The notes beneath the pieces were generated by a model. It made no database searches. It saw only the letters and a list, made by a program, of their open reading frames with translations, and was not told where the DNA came from. From assembly GCF_963921235.1 (NCBI RefSeq), contig NC_086097.1:88352001-88416000 (forward strand): a DNA stretch of 64,000 nucleotides. Reading direction: 5' to 3'. How positions within the stretch are numbered: the first letter of the stretch is position 1; every line of letters begins with the position of its first letter. Source of the DNA: Mobula hypostoma (Eukaryota). Below are positions 50,391-63,655 of this stretch, piece after piece. Position numbers and translations under genes: made by a program.

Positions 50391-52399
50391 AAGTTTCAAA
50401 AAAATGCTACTAGACTATCAATCATGAAGTGCTTGTGCTACAAAGAGGCAGGAGTAACTCTACATCGGCAAGGAAAGAACCAGGGACTGGCACATCTTTT
50501 AAGGCTGCTGACGATTTGGTGTTTGTCCCAAAACCATATGGAATAGCTAAAGTAGATCTTGGACTGTATGCTTCCAATAAACAAAGTAATTATTGATATA
50601 TGCCCAGATGGATCAGGAGAACATGGACTATTAGTCCTTAACCAAATGCCTGGCTTTACTAATCTCCCAGACTTGACTTCTGGTCTTTCCCCCCTACCAT
50701 GTCCTCTATCATCACAGAACTCATTGACGTTATATAACATGGTGACTCATTTTCATGAGTTTAAGGTCAATAATACCTAACTGTCAAATTTCAAAGTGCA
50801 AGTTAAATTTACTATCAAAGTACATATTTGTCACAATTTACTTGCAGGTTTATTTTCTTGCAGTCTGTTGCAGTAGAGCAAAGAAGTACAATATAATCAA
50901 TGAAAAACTACACACAGAGAGTGACAAATTTGGATTGACTTACCAAAATTACCATCCTAAAATAATCGACACATAGCAAATCAGTGAAAAATCTGATTTA
51001 TTTTCCATTTGGTCTGTCAGGCAGTGTGAAGAACAATATGCCTGAATTTATTTAAAAGAAAAACCACCTTTGTAAAATGATCCATGCTTTTGATTCTCAC
51101 AAATTGGCAGAACCAAAATCTGGTGATTTTTCAGAACTTGTGCTGGTTCCTCTGATCAAATAAGGACACTTTGAGAGAGAAGTTGTTCAAGCTGTAGAAT
51201 GCTTGCAGCAGAAAGTTATTGATAGGAAAGCCACTGGCATCTTATTCCTCACATTAACCCCCCAGACTAAATGGTCGCTGTTGGCACCTGCTGCATCTCA
51301 ATGGCTTCTACAACTCATTACTTGCGACTAACAGTGGGCAATTTATTCTGATTAAATCATGTACTCAGCAAGATCTAGCAATTAAAGAAAGGGCTTAGAA
51401 AATGTGAAGTAAAACAAAACACAGATGGCTGTTCCCTTGAGCAGAAACACAACCCTTTAAGGTGCAACAGAAGCATACCGATAATGATGGTTCAATCTGC
51501 CATCACTTTTTCTGGACGATAGCCACATCAGTCCTTTTTAACTTCCTTTGATGAAGATAACGTGCTGGGGATAAGCTTCATATCATCAGCAACTCTGCCT
51601 CTCCACCTTGTTTGGTCTCCTGCCAAACACTTAGAACTATCAGCTTCACTGTATAATTCACAGCTCCTCGGGTGGCTGTGAGGCAGCTTTTTCACTGTTA
51701 TCAGTAAATTTCCTTTCTCTGTAGTAGTCTATTTCTCTGTTATGAATAATATTGTGATAGTATGTCATGGCACAATATTAAAAGAGGCAAAACAATACAG
51801 CCCTTCAATTTCCCAATGCTGCCTGCCCAGTAAATATACTTGAAATATCTGCAGTGTTAATTAGACATTGAACAGGTGGCCCACATAAATAGCTCAGTCT
51901 CCTTAGTTGCTGGAAAGCCAAAAGGAAAGATATAATGAAATAGACAAAGAGCAAAAAGCAATAAGTACTGATTTTTTTAAAGGTTATACTTACAGGTGTT
52001 TTGTTGTAGGCAATATATCTGTATTGCTGTTATGTATAACATTAAGTGAAAATCTGCAGCAGGCTAGACATTTTCTGACTATCCTGTTTAATGTGAGCTA
52101 GGAGTCTCTGTAAGGCTGCTTGCTATCGATATTTGCATTCAGGAGGATACTGCTTGGGTGAACCAGCAACAATTATATTTGCGCATCCAATCAAATGTTC
52201 ACTTGTTCGTTCTAAACTGTTGCACCTTTAATAACACAAATGATTTATTTTATTATGCAATCCTACTTTACAGGAATTAGCTGTGTATATTTAACGATCT
52301 TCAATTTGTCATGATGGTTTCTAATGATTTTGCAATATGTTGTCATTGTATCTCAGTGGTCTATCAGTTTAGCACTCCACCTACAAAAGAAGTGTTAGT

Positions 52400-52790
52400 G
52401 TCACGCTGCAGCTCTGTTGCGGACACTCTTTCCTCTAAGACAAAAGATTATGGTTTCCAGCCTTACTCTGGAGAATTCAGTAACCGAGGTTGATTCTGTG
52501 CACAATTGGTGGTGTTCTTTTGTAAGTGGGGTGCTAAACTGATAGACCATCTCCTCTTTCCAGTTTATGTAAAAGATCACATAACACTCTTCTGGAAGTG
52601 AAAGGAAGCCATCCTGTTACTCTATCAATATTTGTCCCTCAGTCAACAGTTCTCAATCAGATGAACGGGCCCTCTGGGTGCGTGAGAAAGCTGTGTGCAA
52701 ACTGTCTTTTATATTACAGCCAAAGCCTCACTTTGAAGATACTGTAAAGCACTTTTAGATGTTGTGAAGAAAGTGATGTACCTGGTCCTT
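52400..52790 (+). mobile_element. Deu-domain SINE (SacSINE1/AmnSINE1-like), old
   Basis: atgtaaaagatcacataacact...caatatttgtccctcagtcaaca...tgtgtgcaaact...tgtaaagcactttt resembles the Deu-domain and tail as I recall them. Confidence 0.6.
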
Positions 52791-53149
52791 ATTTAAAAAG
52801 AATGTTTATAATGTGCTAAATGTCAACTGCACTCGGCACACTTGTGTTTGACATTGAGGGAGAGTGTAGAGCACACGAGGACACCAGCATGCAGGCTGTT
52901 CAACTGAACTTTATTGATAACACTGCTTGAACTCCTCCCATGTGGGAGAGGATAACTGAGTGGTCCAAGGTTAACCCATTAACTGGCACAACATACACTT
53001 TTCCCAGTTGCAATGAAGTACACATCACCCATCTGAGATTGATGAACTTATGCAATATTTATCCTTTTCTACAAATGCATTACTTCTGCCGAGTGTGTGT
53101 GGAAGCAGAAATCGTTTCAGTTACATGGCCGAATGTGGATGTGTACAAA

Positions 53150-56100
53150 GCAGTACAGTTATATTTATTATTGCTCTGTAACTGTACCGGTTACTTCCAG
53201 TGTGATGCTGTGTACATACATCTATTGATGCTTCTGGACACATCTTCAGTGATGTTCCTGGAATCATCGGGTGTTTCAAGTCTTTCAACATCATACAACC
53301 TCCTCCAAGTGACCCAGCCGGGGCTGATCAGACCCCAGCTTTTGTCCAGATGGCTAGCTACTTATGACTCCATGGCTCCCCTCTTTTGAGCCACTGCCAT
53401 CTTGAGGCCCTCTCTGCCGCATCGGTGGTACTGCGGATGGCTCTCCTCTTCCTCTCTCCCTCAATGCCCAAAACGCTGAAGGCTCTAACTAAAGAGCGGG
53501 CTACAAATCCTCTACAACCAACCTCCACTGGGAGACACCTCGCTCTCCATCCAGCCTGCTGACAGTTGCTGACCAGTCCTGCATACTTGGAGAGCTTCCT
53601 TTCAAAGGCCTCTTCCAAGCTATCTTCCCATGGGACTGTCAGCTCCAGCAGCACCACTTGCTTAGTAGACTCAGACACTAGGACAATGTCTGGTCGCAGG
53701 GTGGTGGCTGCGATATGGTTGGGGAACTTCAGCTGCCCTTCGAGGTCCACCAACAGCTGTCAGTCCCTTGCAGAGGTCAGAATGCCTGCAGATGTTCTTT
53801 TGGCAGGTATTGGCTGCTCCCCAGCTCTGACAAAGGCAATGGTCTGCTTGGAGGGTCGGGACCGCTTCGCCCACTGAACTCCTGCGCTGACGGCTTCAGC
53901 GATGGTCTTCAGGACCCGATCATGCCTCCACCTGTACCGTCCCTCGCCAAGTGCCCTTGCACAGCCGCTGAGGATGTGCTCCAGGGTTCCTCGCTTGGAG
54001 CACAGTGGGCATGCAGATGACTCTGCCTTGCCCCATGTGTGCAGGTTCGATGGGCTTGGAAGCACATCGTACACTGCCTGGATGAGAAATTGGATACGGT
54101 GTGGTTCGGCTTTCCAAAGATCAGCCCAGGTCACTTTCCTCTCAACCGCATTCTCCCATCTTGTCCAAGCTCCCTGTTGCTTCATTCCCAACGCCTTGCA
54201 GGCTCTCATCTCCTCCACTACTGTTCTCACCTCCTCCTGAACTAGACGACGCCTTTCCTTCCCTCTGGTGTCCATTTGGGGAGTTGGAGAGGATCCTAGC
54301 CCAGCTCGGCCTCGTGTGACCACTCCCACCAACCTCCTGTGACGCAGCCTCGCCTCTGCCTCCTGAACAGCTTCCTCTGCCCTCCACTTCCTGCCAGTAC
54401 TTACTTGGATCCCTGCTCTCGCCACCTTCGGGTCACTTGAGTCCCTATACTGTAGCACTTCTCTGGCTCTTGTTACCTTGAATTCTTCCTCCAAGGATTT
54501 GAAGGGCAGTTGCAGTTTGTTGTGGTGTCCATAGAATGCGATGCTGCTCAGGCTCTTTGGCAGCCCCAGCCATCTCCTGAGGTGGTTGCTAACCCTCCTC
54601 TCTAAGGTTTCGACTGTCGAGATCAGAACTGCGTAGACGAGGAGGGGCCACAGGATTCTGGGAAGAATGCCATGCTGATACACCCAGGCTTTAAACTTCC
54701 CAGGTAGGCCAGACATGTCCACAGATTTCAGCCAGCCATCCAACTCGGTGCAGGTTGCCTGAATGGATGTTGTGTCCCTTAAAGAGCTGTCAAAAACCTT
54801 GCCTAAGCTCTTGACTGGTTTTTCTGTGATGGTTGGGATGGCTGTGCCTGCGATGCTGAACTGGAACTTGTTCTCCACCTTCCCTTTCCTCAGCACCATC
54901 GATCTTGATTTGGCAGGTTTGAAACACATCCGGGCCCACTCCACCAGCTTTTCGAGCCCCTGCAGAATCCACCGGCAGCCTGGGACTGATTCTGTGGTGA
55001 CTGTGAGGTCATCCATGAATGCCCTGATAGGTGGTTGCCGTTGAGCAGAATTCATTCTGGGCCCTCTGCACTCTGGTTCAGCAGACTTAGTGAGCATGTT
55101 CATGGCTAGGGAGAACAGTGTCACTGAGATAGTGCACCCTGTGATGATGCCGATCTCCACCTTGTGCCAGGTTGATGCAATTGCTGCTGAAGAGACCCTC
55201 ATCCTGAAGTTGCTGTAATAATCAGCGATAAGGTCTCTGATTCTGCTGCGGACGTGATACTTGGTCAGTGTGAGCTGCACCAGCTTGTGCGGAATGGAGC
55301 CATATGCATTTGCCAGGTCGAGCCACAACACTGACAGGTCGTCCTTGTTTTCTCTGGCCTCCCTGATGAGCTGTGTCACCACACCGATGTGCTCCAGACA
55401 GCCCGGCATCCCTGAAATGCCACCCTTCTGGACTGATGTATCAATATAGGTGTTCTTTGCTAGGTAGGTGCACAGCCGGTTAGAAACGGCACTGAAGAAG
55501 ATCTTCGCCTCGACACACAGCAGGGAGATGATGGGAAACTGATCTATCTGGGTGGCATTTTCCTCCATCGGGATCCACACCCCTTCAGCCGCTCTCCACT
55601 GTTCTGGGATCTCCAGAAGATTCTCAGGATCTTCCACAGACGCAGCAGGAGTTTGGGACAGTTCTTGTACATTTTGTACGAGGTGTTGCTTGGTCCTGGA
55701 GCCGAGCTTGCCCTTGCTTTGCAGATGACCTCTCTGACTTCCTTTAGTTGCAGCTCTGACATGTCGAACTGCACATCCGGTTCAGGTGGGTCTATTAGGA
55801 TGTCGCACTCTCCCAACTCCTGCTCTCTTTCAGGATCATTATATATCTTCTTCAGATGTTGGTCTATGTCTTCCTGTGAACAGGCCAGTTTCCCACTGCG
55901 CTTCTCCCCCAGCAACTCCTTGGTGAACTTGAACACCCCTCCCTTTGCTGTTGCCTCCAGAATTTGGTTAACATCTTCATCAAACTGCTTCCACAGTGAA
56001 GTCATGTTAGCTGCAGACCATTTGATCTGCCTCCTGCTAGACTTCATGTTAGAGGGATTAGTTTGCAACACTTGGAGGTTCCAGGCACTATGGGGTGACT

Positions 56101-56210
56101 CCGGTCCTGGCCCCTCCTTCGTCTCACCAGGTTGGACACCTGCACGTTGTGCTGCTCCTGCTCCCGCCAAACACTTCATCCTCGCTTGGTAGATCTTCAA
56201 GCCGCGATTG
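53150..56210 (-). mobile_element. HERO-like non-LTR retrotransposon (RT plus restriction-like endonuclease), 5'-truncated
   Basis: ORFs 55544-56200, 53760-55637 and 53358-53753: WLDLANAYGSIPH, GIITGCTIS, AFMDDL, CPLC..RGTLEHILSGC, RHD, RPDIV...LELTVPWE...KLSKY. 3' boundary approximate. Confidence 0.9.
53760..55637 (-). pseudogene. RT and CCHC part of the HERO-like ORF (625-aa open segment)
   Basis: Uninterrupted RT domain and zinc knuckle; flanked by frameshifts. Confidence 0.88.
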
Positions 56211-56774
56211 CTAAGTACTAGTTATGGCAAAAATTCCCTTGGACACAGAGTCCTTATATTAAACTTTAAAAAAAGCATTTAGTATTTGACAGAGTGACTA
56301 ATGCTTCAAAAAATGAAGAGGACAAATGTCACACGTTTTATCTTCAGTTCCAAGTTCAGGTCCTCCCCTGTTTACGGACAGTCCATAAATAGGTAGGTGC
56401 ATTTGGGAGACTCGCAGGTTGGATAGCAACAGATTTGCTGGCTGTTGCAGGGCTGCAGGCATCTTCTGCCAGTGGGAATGGTGTATTTCTGTGTGCCTTC
56501 TCTTCCTTCAACCCTTCTGAGTCTACTTCACTACATCTAGGGACTAGGTGGAGATGAGCAGAGCTGGGAACATCGATCAGGCTGACTTGCACACTCACTC
56601 AGTAAGTGACGTCAGCTGGCAGCCATTGTTCCTGTAACTACTTGCTTTCTGACATTCTGTTTTTATTTGTTTCTGACCTATGAACAATTTGGGTTGTGAG
56701 CAGTTCTCAGAACCAGAACACTATTGTAACTTGGGGGCTTCTTGTAAGGCTTTATGTTTGTATTCACTTCCATA

Positions 56775-57750
56775 ATTCATAGATCATTGAACAGTGCAGC
56801 ACAATAACAAGCCCTTCACTAGTTGTACTAACTAATTAAACTAGTGATATCTCATCCTTTCTGCCTGAACATAGTCCATATCCCTCTATTCTCTGCATAT
56901 TCGAGAGGTAATGTTGCAGCTATATACGACTCTGGTCAGACCCCACTTGGAGTACTGTGCTCAGTTCTGGTCGACTCCCTATAGGAAGGATGTGGAAACT
57001 ATAGAAAGGGTGCAGAGGAAATTTACAAGGATGTTGCCTGGATTGGGGAACATGCCTTATGAGAATAGGTTGAGTGAACTCAGCCTTTTCTCCTTGGAGC
57101 GCCGGAGGATGAGAGGTGACCTGATAGAGGTGTACAAGATGATGAGAGACATTGACTGTATGGATAGTCAGAGGCTTTTCCCCAGGGCTGAAATGGTTAG
57201 CATGAGAGGGCATAGTTTTAAGCTGCTTGGAAGTAGGTACAGAGATGTTAGGGGTACGTTTATTTTTAACGCAGAGAGTGGTGAGTGGAATGGGCTGCTG
57301 GTGGTGGAAGTGGAAACAATAGAGTCTCTTAAGAGACTCCTGGATGGCTACATGGAGCTTAGAAAAATAGAGGGCTATGGATAAAGCCTAGGTAGTTCTA
57401 AGGTAGAGACACGTTTGGCACAACTTTGTGGGCCGAAGGCCTGTATTGTGCTGTAGGTTTTCTATGTTTCTATTCCTATGCCAATCTAAGAGCCTCTTAA
57501 AGCCTCCTGCTTTTAGCATCCTGGAAGACCTCTTCTACACCCTCTCCATAGCCTCTGCATTTTTCCTAAAATCGGATGACCACAACTGAATGCAGTATTC
57601 CAGATGTGACCTGACCAGAGTTTTATAGAACTGCAACATAACTTTCTGACTCATGAACTCAGTGCCTTGTCTAATTAAAGCTAGCATGTAATACACCTTT
57701 TTTTTTTGCCAGCCTATCAGTTGACTTGTGTGGCAACATTCAGGGAGAAA
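56775..57750 (-). mobile_element. Old minus-strand CR1 3' fragment hosting a younger CR1
   Basis: MLQFYKTLVRSHLEYCIQLWS (57535-57700); tail near 56775-56815. Confidence 0.7.
56903..57470 (+). mobile_element. Young CR1 3' fragment with candidate 5-bp TSD
   Basis: 157-aa ORF MLQLYTTLVRPHLEYCAQFWS…; TTCTATGTTTC tail; TATTC at 56898-56902 and 57471-57475. Confidence 0.9.
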
Positions 57751-57859
57751 AAGGTCAGGAAGAAATTTATAACACTGAAATGTGAATTTCAAAAGCTGTT
57801 TAGAGACATTGATAGGAGAATTGATCAGTACAGGTTGAAGGAGTGTAAATAAATTGGCA

Positions 57860-58820
57860 TAATATTTATTGTTGTCACTTGTACCACGGTACAGTGAAAA
57901 ACTTGTCTTGCATGCCATCCATACAGATCAATTCATTACAACAGTTTATTGAGGCAGTACAAGGTAAAACAATAACAGAATGCAGAATAAAGTGTTAAGG
58001 TATTGAGAAAATGCAGAGCAGGTGAGGTGCAAGATCACAACAAGGTGGATTGTGAGGTCAAGAGTCCATCTTATCATGCCAGGGAAACTTTCTATAGTCT
58101 TATAATAGTATGATATAAGCTGTCCTTGAGCCGAGTAGCTGTGCTTTCAGACTTTTGCATCTTCTGCCCAGGAGGAGTGGGGAGAAGAGTGAATGTCCAT
58201 TGTGGGTGGTATCTTTGATTATGCTGATTATTTTAGTGAGAATTGTAGATAGAGGCCATGGAGGGGAGGCTGGTTTCCGTGATGTTCTGAGTTGTGTCCA
58301 CACAGGGACGGCTGTCTGATAACAATCCCTGGAGTATGTGGCTGGGCATCAAGGGCATTACTGACGATGCAGGGAATTACAGTGTCGACTGTACTAGTGA
58401 TACCTCCCTCCATGATGCTCTAAACAACTTTTATACATGAAGCGCAACACTGGACACAAGGGCTATCTTCCCACATGATCAACCGCTGTCTGTAACAGTA
58501 GCAGACGTGAGAAGGACTCTGCAGAGAGTTGACCAGGTCAGACAACATCCCAGGTTGAGTACTCGGAGTGTGTACTGCAGCTCACTAACATCTTCACAGA
58601 CATCATCAACACTTCACTCATCCAGGTTGTTGTGTGGATATAGAATCAATCTATGTATAGAAGCTATCTTGTGTATTTGAATTTATTGAGTATTTTTCTA
58701 GTATTATTATCATGTTCTTTACCTTTTGTGATTTTTATTTGTGCTACATCAGATCCAGAGTAGCAATTATTCCTTCTCTTTATACAAGAAATGACGTTAA
58801 GCAATCTTGAGTTTTGAACT
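57860..58820. mobile_element. Rex1/Babar-like fragments (minus 57860-58300, plus ~58300-58820)
   Basis: Minus-strand IIKD.TH.GHSLFSPL..GRR.KSLK motif and shared 3' terminus; plus part is decayed ORF and 3' UTR. Confidence 0.6.
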
Positions 58821-59158
58821 CTGCAATTTCCTGCAGTCATATGCAGAGCAATTGTCATATCAAGTGACTGTGTTGCTAGTTTACACTGGATATAGTGCTT
58901 GCTAAGCTAGATGCATTTTGTTATTTTTGCTGTCTTGCCTGTGGTTGGGGACCGCTGCTTTAGTTGATTGTGCTGCATATACTTTCTTTTAACTAGACAG
59001 ATAGATCAACAGAAATTTTTTTTTTGAAGGCAGCTAATCTCAATTTTTCCAATAAGAAATATACCAATCGCATACCAGATTGTACACTCACAGACCTGGA
59101 AGCAAAGTGATGATATGCAAAGGTTGCATATGGATCAAATGGAAATGATTTTTCTAGT

Positions 59159-60444
59159 GTAGAGTTGTTACCCTCAAATAGAACAAGAGTTCAACCAGAA
59201 TCCAAAGAATTAGGATGAGACATCAAGGTTGGTGACGAGTTCAGATGGAAAGCTGTTAAAATAACAGTCAGAGAGAGCACCGGCAGTGGAACTGCTTTTA
59301 AGATGCTCTTTATAGTGTACTTTAAACCCAAAACTACTGTGTCATTTTTATAGTATTGGCCTAAGTCAGGTCTTTCCTTGTCTTCATTTTCATTGTGGAC
59401 CCAAGTCATTTGGGAAAACTCATGTCATTAAGAACTTATAACTGGAGACAATCATTTTCTCTGCAGATCTGCAATCATGTCTAATTCAGGTGCCAGAGGA
59501 GACAGTACTAAATCAAAAGAATCATAATCAGCAAATCAGTTGAAAACTAATTGAATTAACATATCCTTGCATCTTCATGGGGTTTCATTCTTGGTCTCTT
59601 TTCATTCCTCACTGGCTGCTGAAAGCATTTGCCCAATTTAAAATGCCTGCCCCATTGTCTATTTACATTGAAGCAAGTAGGGTTTGTTAGAGCATATTCT
59701 GGACTTGAGGTATATAGCAAAACAACTAACTTCATCTACCAATCTTCAGATCTGAATATGGACTGTACATTAAATTTAAAATGTAGATCTGAAAAATGGG
59801 TTCCTAAGAACTATGAACCACAGTTAATCGGAAGACCATGCGATGCGGATTTAAAATTTATTTGTGTGTCTGTAGTGTGGGTGCAAAGGAGGAGGTGTGA
59901 AAGTTATAAGTAATTCAAAGGAAAGCATTTTAGATACCTGCAAATATAGAATTGTCCTTTGATCTTTAGCATTTAAAATTTCATGTAATGTTGGGTCAAG
60001 CAAGCCTCTTCCTCCAAAAGGGTCTTAATATGATGCCTGATATGTCCCAATATCAGCCCATGAGAGGCTTGCATCAGGCATTTTTATGCCTTACAAGGCG
60101 CAGATTGGAAGTCTCCTCTCACAGACTAGAGCAATGTGTAATTAAGTGCCTTGGTCAAGGGCACAGACACGCTGCCACAGCTGAGGCTCGAACTAGTGAC
60201 CTTGAGATAACTAGACGAACACCTTAACCACTTGGCCACTTGCCCAAGATAAGGATAAGGAGACTACTTCATATCGACCTGCTGCTGCTCTCCGGTGACT
60301 TTGTTCATGTGATAACAGTTCATTTTGTTGCTGAGGTTAGAAAAAATCAGTAACACACAAAAACACACAAGCGTAGAGTTGTTACCCTCAAATAGAACAG
60401 GAGTTCAACCAGAATCCAAGGAATTAGGATGAGACATCAAGGTT
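59159..60444 (+). repeat. 72-bp dispersed direct repeat (59159-59230 and 60373-60444)
   Basis: gtagagttgttaccctcaaatagaaca(a/g)gagttcaaccagaatccaa(a/g)gaattaggatgagacatcaaggtt; 2 mismatches. Confidence 0.95.
60040..60248 (-). mobile_element. tRNA-derived SINE (CORE-like body)
   Basis: Minus strand tggccaagtgg (A box), agttcgagcc (B box), then tgtgcccttgaccaaggcacttaa. Confidence 0.7.
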
Positions 60445-60471
60445 ACATACGCTAGACAGATGCACACACGG

Positions 60472-60492
60472 AGACAGACAGACAGACAGACA

Positions 60493-60535
<43 letters not shown>
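60472..60535. repeat. (GACA)n(CA)n microsatellite
   Basis: Direct inspection. Confidence 0.97.
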
Positions 60536-60537
<2 letters not shown>

Positions 60538-61441
60538 CTGATTAGAATAATAATGTGACTGTAGTTTGAAATTCACCCAAAACTCAATAAAATCATTTGC
60601 AAAGAACGTAATTTGTATTTGACAGTAATAATGAGTGTAGAATGCAGTTGGCATCAACATTGTCTATAATGAGATGATCACCAGTAGATAATAAATACAG
60701 CTACTACAGCACATGTAATCAAAAAGAGAATTTGCAATTGGTCAGTGTTGCTTAGGTTTTGAATTAGTTTCAGGGACTTTGTTCTTATGACAAACAGCTC
60801 TTTTGATCTACTTCATTATTATTGCAATCTCTTAAAAAAATGAATGTGTGGAGAAAGAATGTGTGTGTCTGTGTTGCTTGTGCGTTTTTTGTGTGTTTGT
60901 GTCCTGTTCAAAGTTAGCAGCAGAACCTTAATCATTAAGTGTAGGTGAAAATTATTTGGCTTTGGCTTCTGCGGGACTTCCTGAACTAGAATGAGCATTT
61001 TGTACAAATAATAATTTGCAATTCATTATCTACTTGGACCAGCACATTGAAATTTGTGACTTTGCAGTGTCAAAGGTTCTATCAACTGTAAGATGTGAAA
61101 TTTAAGGAATTAGAGATATCTTGCAAGCTTTTCTTAATCCTATTAGATGAAATCGCCTGCAACTTTTTAATTATTAGATTGCTGCAATTCCAACAATATC
61201 TTACATTAAAAAGCAATTAAGCTGACCAATCTCAAAATATAGTGTCTCCTTCATAGAATGCTTGTGATGTGATGTGATCACTCAACTTGTCTGTGTTAAT
61301 TATAATAGTTCCAGCAGTGTAGTACCCAAATTACTTTAATTAAATGTTATCTTTGCTATTCAAATCGTGGAGCCAAGTACCTCTGCAAAGATATGATTGT
61401 TATTTCATGAAACAAATGCAGACATAGCAAAGGAGAGGAGG

Positions 61442-63655
61442 TCAATGTTGAAACATTTTTGCTAATAACTCTAAAACAGCAGGAATGGATTTCTCAGGAT
61501 TAGAAATATATAAAAGTAAATCATCAGCATAGAGTGATAATTTATGGGACTTTAATCCCCGAGTTATCCCAGTAATATTTGAAGATTCTCGAATGGCAAT
61601 TGCAAGAGGTTCTAATGCAATATCAAATAATAGGGGACTAAGAGGACAGCCTTGTCGAGTACCTCGAAAAAGAGGAAAAAAAGGTGAGTTTAAAGAGTTA
61701 GTACGGACCGAGGCTACAGGGGAATGATATAACAGTTTAATCCAGGATATAAATTTCAAGCTAAAATTAAACATTTCAAACACCTTAAATAAATAAGGCC
61801 ATTCTACTCTATCAAAAGCTTTCTCGGCATCTAAAGAAATAACACACTCAGGAACATTTTGTGAGGGAGTATAAACGATATTTAACAATGTACGAATATT
61901 ATAAAAAGAGTAACGACCTTTAATAAAACCCGTTTGGTCTTCCGAAATAATAGAAGGAAGTACTTTTTCTAGTCTATTTGCTAATAACTTAGAAAAAACT
62001 TTAGAATCAACATTTAATAGAGATATTGGTCTATAAGATGCACATTGAGCAGGGTCTTTATCCTTCTTTAGTATTAAAGAAATTGACGCTCTATTAAAAG
62101 ATTCAGGAAGTTTACCAAGTTTCAGAGAAGCCTCAAAAACCCTACAGAGCCAAGGGATCAATAAAGAAGCAAAACATTTATAAAATCCAACGGTAAACCC
62201 ATCCGGGCCAGGAGCTTTCCCCAAATTCATAGAAAGAATAACATTCTTAATCTGATCCATAGTAATGGAAGTATCTAATATAGAAGACATATCCTGTGAA
62301 ATCTGAGGGAAGTCTAAATTATCTAAAAAATCATTCATATATTTAGAATCTCGAGGAGACTCTGATTGATATAAAGAAGAATAAAAATCACAAAACGTTT
62401 GATTAATCCCCACATGATCCAGTATCAATCGATCATTTTGGTTATAAATCTGATTGATTTGAGATTTAACATAATTAGATTTCAATTGATTAGCCAGCAG
62501 CTTGCCAATTTTGTCACTGTGAACATAAAATTCACTTCTTGTTTTCTTTAATTGGTTTACAATCGAGGACGAGAGTAGTAAACTGTGTTCCATTTGAAGT
62601 TCAGTTCTTTGTTTGTATAACTCCTCAGAAGGAGCCATAACATATTTCTTATCAATTTCTTTAATCTTGTCCACAATTACCATCTCCTCCTGCTTCTGCT
62701 TCTTCCTCAAAGCAGCAGAATACGAGATAATCTGACCACGAATATAGGCTTTAAAAGTGTCCCAAAGAGTGTTAACCGAAATATCCTCTGTATGGTTAAT
62801 TGTAAAAAAAAGCTCAATCTGTTCATTCATAAAGTTAACAAAGTCCGAGTCCTGAAGCAACAGCGAATTAAAACGCCATTGTCTATTATTTTGTATATTG
62901 GCCATAATTTTAATAGAAAGCTTAAGTGGAGCATGATCTGAAATGGTTATAGAATCATAATCACATTTAATCACTGAAGGAATAAGACGAGAATCAATAA
63001 AAAAGTAATCAATTCTTGAATAGGAATGATGAACATGTGAAAAGAAAGAAAAATCTTTTTCCTGAGGATGCAGAAAACGCCAAATGTCCGTCGACCCAGA
63101 ATCAGAAAGGAAAGAGTTAATCAAAGTTGCAGATTTATTAGGTAAGGTCCGTAAAGGAGCCGAACGGTCCAAAGCTGGAGACAAACAGGTATTAAGATCT
63201 CCGCCCCAGATCAATGAAAACTCGTTCAAATTCGGAAACTGATTAAATAATGATTTATAAAATTCCGGACAATCCATATTAGGAGCATAAACATTAACCA
63301 AAACTACTTTTTTATTAAATAGTAAACCACTAACCAATAAAAATCTACCATTCGGATCAGAAAAAATATCCTGTTGTATAAAAGTAACTGAGGAATCTAT
63401 AAAAATAGAGACGCCTCGAATCTTAGCATTGGAGTTCGAATGAAATTGTTGTTCCTTCCAGAATTTAAAAAAACGTAGTCTGTCCCCCCTCCGTACATGG
63501 GTCTCTTGTAAAAATAAAATTTGTGCTTTAAGTCTCCGGAACACTTTAAAAACTTTTTTCCTTTTAATAGGATGATTAAGACCGTTAGTATTCCAGGTTC
63601 TACAACTAAGTTCAATTTTTATATGTGTTTCAGGCATTACCAATTTTTGTTCCAA
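61442..63655 (-). pseudogene. L1 ORF2 endonuclease and RT segment (737-aa open frame; termini are junction-derived)
   Basis: Stop-free from WNTNGL to just after YADD; truncated by the inversion. Confidence 0.9.

Noticed and set aside
52865..53073. Possible 209-bp solo LTR (TGTAGA…TCTACA)
   Set aside because: Inverted termini and a minus-strand AATAAA are present, but the flanks (AGAG / AATG) give no TSD and there is no second copy. Unsupported without a database search.
59158..59230. Coding exon duplicated at 60373
   Set aside because: An acceptor-like TTTTCTAG precedes it, but all three forward frames contain stops.
60352..60897. ~21-bp inverted repeat (60352-60372 vs 60876-60897) as transposon TIRs
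   Set aside because: Low-complexity CA/TG sequence with a mismatch and an indel, and no TSD.
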